From a virus, in IMG/VR virus record IMGVR_UViG_3300021403_000005: 64,000 nt of DNA, one strand, 5' to 3'. Position numbers and translations under genes: made by a program. How positions within the stretch are numbered: the stretch's first letter is position 1; the number at the start of each line of letters is the position of its first letter. The notes below the pieces were generated by a model. That model had not been told where the DNA came from and searched no databases. It saw only the letters and a program-made list of their open reading frames with translations. Shown here in pieces: positions 61,362 to 64,000 of this stretch.

Positions 61362-61454
61362 CTGCTCCGTGTGGCACTGAGTTCCTGGTCGTTCTCAGTG
61401 CCGTCCCTAGCGCCCTGATCCATTCGGGATTGGGGCGCGTTAGGGGCTTAAATC

Positions 61455-61868
61455 TTGGAGACACTGATGCATATTATTGACGAGAAGATTGTCGTCAATG
61501 CGAAAAAGTCGGTGATTTTGCATATCACCGATGGCGACATATCAAAGGCCAAGAAAAAGAAACCTGACTCCTGCGCCGCCGCGATAGCTTGTCGGCGCCA
61601 AATGCATGTTGCTGAGGCGCGGGTTCATCTTGGACGAACCTACCTACGTAACAACGGTAAGTGGGTGCGCTATCTTACTTCGGATGCGCTCCGCAGTGAA
61701 CTGATTGCCTTCGATAAAGGTGGCAAATTTGAACCGGGAGATTATCCCATCTATCGGATTCAGCCATCCAAAGCGACAGGCAAGCAGCAAGGAAGCCGAA
61801 AATACAAGAAACGCTCGCATATTTACCATCGGGTTATCGGAGTTCGTCCCTCTAGCATGGTGGCTTAA
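61455..61868 (+). CDS. Hypothetical protein
   Basis: CAAAIACRR...EARVHLGRTY...WVRY; ORF track. Confidence 0.65.
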   Translation: METLMHIIDEKIVVNAKKSVILHITDGDISKAKKKKPDSCAAAIACRRQMHVAEARVHLGRTYLRNNGKWVRYLTSDALRSELIAFDKGGKFEPGDYPIYRIQPSKATGKQQGSRKYKKRSHIYHRVIGVRPSSMVA

Positions 61869-61919
61869 CTTATTGCCCGGCGCCAATGCCGGGCGTTTGA
61901 TAATTTTCAGGGGAGCCGC

Positions 61920-62381
61920 ATGAAATTAGATACCCTCAATGGAATCTTTGAACACGGGCGCGATTCAGCCAAGGAAATGTTCAACGCTCAAGGTTACGTG
62001 GCGCCGATGTGGATCGCGATAGCCAAGGATGGCACTGTCTTACCTATTGTAGCACAGATGCCGGATGAGAAGGATGATTTGATCGAAGCAATCAAAATAA
62101 TCTTTGAGAATAAGCAGATTGTACGCTATGTTTCGATCTTGGAGGCGTGGATGGTTAAAGCTCCAGAGATTCCGCAGAGCCACAAGCTTGGTGCCTCATT
62201 ATCATCGCATCCTGACCGCGAGGAAGTGATATTCATCACAGCCGAGGATAAAAAAACCTCCAGAACTGGAGTATATCACATTCTTCGCCCTGAACACGGT
62301 AAACCGAAGCTATCGGAATTCAGGGATTATTCCGATGGCGAAAGCGAAGGAAGATTCAGTAACCTATTAACACGGGGTTAA
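61920..62381 (+). CDS. Hypothetical protein
   Basis: GGAG RBS; RYVSILEAW, LSSHPDREEVI. Confidence 0.7.
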   Translation: MKLDTLNGIFEHGRDSAKEMFNAQGYVAPMWIAIAKDGTVLPIVAQMPDEKDDLIEAIKIIFENKQIVRYVSILEAWMVKAPEIPQSHKLGASLSSHPDREEVIFITAEDKKTSRTGVYHILRPEHGKPKLSEFRDYSDGESEGRFSNLLTRG

Positions 62382-62395
62382 TCGGGAGAAATGCG

Positions 62396-62848
62396 ATGCT
62401 TTTGGAGATTGCAATGTGGACGCTAATCACGGTGACGAATGGCGGCAAAGTCAATGAGTCTCAGCACGCCACCAAGGAGTCCTGCGAACAAGCACGGAGC
62501 ATCGCCTTAACCGGCATGACCGTTGAGGAAAACAAGGCCGCCGATCAAGTCTATGCGGACTACCTCAAAAAATACGAAGAGGATCATCCATGGCGCGACC
62601 CGAAAGATGACAACGAGCGCCAGATTCTTAAGAGTGGCGGCAGCGGCTCGGTAAGTTGGGGCGGCCCATATCAGCTTTCTTACGATAGCGCGACCGGGAA
62701 GGTCCGAGAATACCCCAGCGGCGGAATGTCAATGTCGTACAACTCCAACGAAGGAGAGACAGTCGATTACGTCCGAGGGGGTTGGGTACGCAAGAGCCGC
62801 ACCGATATAAAGTCCGCGAAATGCGTGCCACCAGCATCTGGCGGATAA
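62396..62848 (+). CDS. Hypothetical protein
   Basis: GGAGA RBS; MWTLI...F..KE.CE.A-like start, IKSAKCV end. Confidence 0.6.
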   Translation: MLLEIAMWTLITVTNGGKVNESQHATKESCEQARSIALTGMTVEENKAADQVYADYLKKYEEDHPWRDPKDDNERQILKSGGSGSVSWGGPYQLSYDSATGKVREYPSGGMSMSYNSNEGETVDYVRGGWVRKSRTDIKSAKCVPPASGG

Positions 62849-62864
62849 CAGGACGATAACAGCC

Positions 62865-63032
62865 ATGACGCGCTATATCGTGGAGGTTTGGGAAACTCGC
62901 GCTTATTGGGTTCCGGTTGACGCACTGAACGAGGATGAGGCGCAGGAAATCGCTACGGAAATTTATGCTGAGAAGTCGACGCGGGATGAATTTGTCAGCG
63001 TTGAGTATCGCGAAATCACAAAGGCCGACTAA
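62865..63032 (+). CDS. Unlisted 55-aa protein (DpnD/PcfM-like pattern)
   Basis: Hand translation: MTRYIVEVWETRAYWVPVDALNEDEAQEIATEIYAEK...; AGGA RBS. Confidence 0.5.
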   Translation: MTRYIVEVWETRAYWVPVDALNEDEAQEIATEIYAEKSTRDEFVSVEYREITKAD

Positions 63033-63214
63033 CCGCCGAACAGACTGGAACTTAAAATGACCGAGATATATTCGCGCTATTGGTACAGCCCTTACCAATC
63101 AAGGCGCGTTCGCTTCCGTGTGTGGCCCGGCGAAAGCCAATGGACGGAAATCCGCATGTGCTTTGCGCGCTGCGAGGTTTAGCCGGTTAACCGTCCAATG
63201 CAGGAGGAATTACG

Positions 63215-63382
63215 ATGATCGACTCGACAAAGATTGAGGTTCTGAGCAAAGAGGTCAGGCAATGCGCCGTCGAGCTTGAGGAGGCCGCCAAGATATTGAA
63301 GCCCTACGGTCTGCCATCGCTTGCCAGCATCTATCAGAAGGCTGCGGAACGCGCCCGCCAAACGCTAGAAACCGTGCGTTAA
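63215..63382 (+). CDS. Unlisted 55-aa helical protein
   Basis: AGGAGG RBS; MIDSTKIEVLSKEVRQCAVELEEAAKILK... Confidence 0.55.
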   Translation: MIDSTKIEVLSKEVRQCAVELEEAAKILKPYGLPSLASIYQKAAERARQTLETVR

Positions 63383-63682
63383 TCAGTAGGGAGAGGAAAC
63401 ATGGGTGTTTGGAGCTTGATCTATGGTTCAACCAACCGCTGGGTGCTTACCCCGGATGCCGCAACGACGCCAGCAATCATTATTTTGCACTGGCGGGTTA
63501 TTCAGTAGATAGCAGGAAAACCATGAGCAAAGACGAATGGATTAGGTTTACAGTCCGAACGCTCGATGCGGTTCGCCTTATGATGAAAAGTCGAGACCGG
63601 ATGCCACATGAGGAAGCAATCTACACTGCCGTTCGGCAATGCATTGAGGAATGCCCCCCGACCGGAAAAATGGCGCTATAAT

Positions 63683-63886
63683 ATGGACAAATATCAGCTT
63701 GCCGTCCTAGCCGATGACTACGAAACCAAGCGCCTGATCTTCGAGGCCCATTCCCTGGCCAACACGCCGAGCGACCCTGATGAACGCCGTAAGGGAATGA
63801 TCTCCTACCACATAGCAGAGGCCGAAATGATCGAGGCCGCCACTCGTCTCTGGCAGGCGAAATATGGACTCACGGTTAATCCCTGA
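63683..63886 (+). CDS. Small hypothetical protein
   Basis: MDKYQLAVLADDYETKRLIFEA...; 3' part of ORF 63608..63886. Confidence 0.55.
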   Translation: MDKYQLAVLADDYETKRLIFEAHSLANTPSDPDERRKGMISYHIAEAEMIEAATRLWQAKYGLTVNP

Positions 63887-64000
63887 ACAGCAGGCAGAAT
63901 CATGAGCGATGATATTAAGCCCTATGAATCCGACGCCGAAGTTGACGCCGATATGATCGACGGCCTTAATCGTGTAATCGACCGGCAGGACGCCAAGATC

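Overview
The window is one contiguous piece of a tailed dsDNA phage with podovirus-like gene order. The host is probably an alphaproteobacterium of the Rhizobiales type (inferred from protein families, not shown). No integrase, att site or host housekeeping gene is visible, and both ends run off the window. From 40.9 kb leftwards on the minus strand lies a translationally coupled late operon: terL, portal, GroES-like co-chaperonin, scaffold, major capsid, many Ser/Thr-rich structural proteins, tail fibres, adaptor and nozzle, three very large ejection proteins, and a lysis cassette. Three HNH endonucleases interrupt this operon. Between terL (39.3-40.9 kb) and terS (56.6-57.1 kb) is a mostly plus-strand block of about 15.6 kb. 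It carries a pseudaminic-acid-type nonulosonate pathway (PseB, PseC, PseI, a cytidylyltransferase fused to a class III aminotransferase, GNAT, formyltransferase, methyltransferase, oxidoreductase), a HiPIP-like protein, an atypical tRNA-CAT, a vWA protein, an HTH regulator and small early genes. From 57.2 to 64 kb are early-type genes including an AAA+ ATPase. The strongest candidate for a new system is that pathway together with a CstII/Maf-like sialyltransferase-fold gene (26970-27902) inside the capsid gene block, which would suggest virion glycosylation with a pseudaminic-acid derivative. Other notable points: an ejection protein carrying kinase-like and ADP-ribosyltransferase-like domains; stop-free antisense ORFs that exactly bridge both inverted HNH genes; a tRNA with a hairpin inserted in its D-loop; a shared di-glycine peptide motif in internal virion proteins; and a family of long hairpins ahead of early genes. 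All family calls come from motif recognition by eye; no database search was run.
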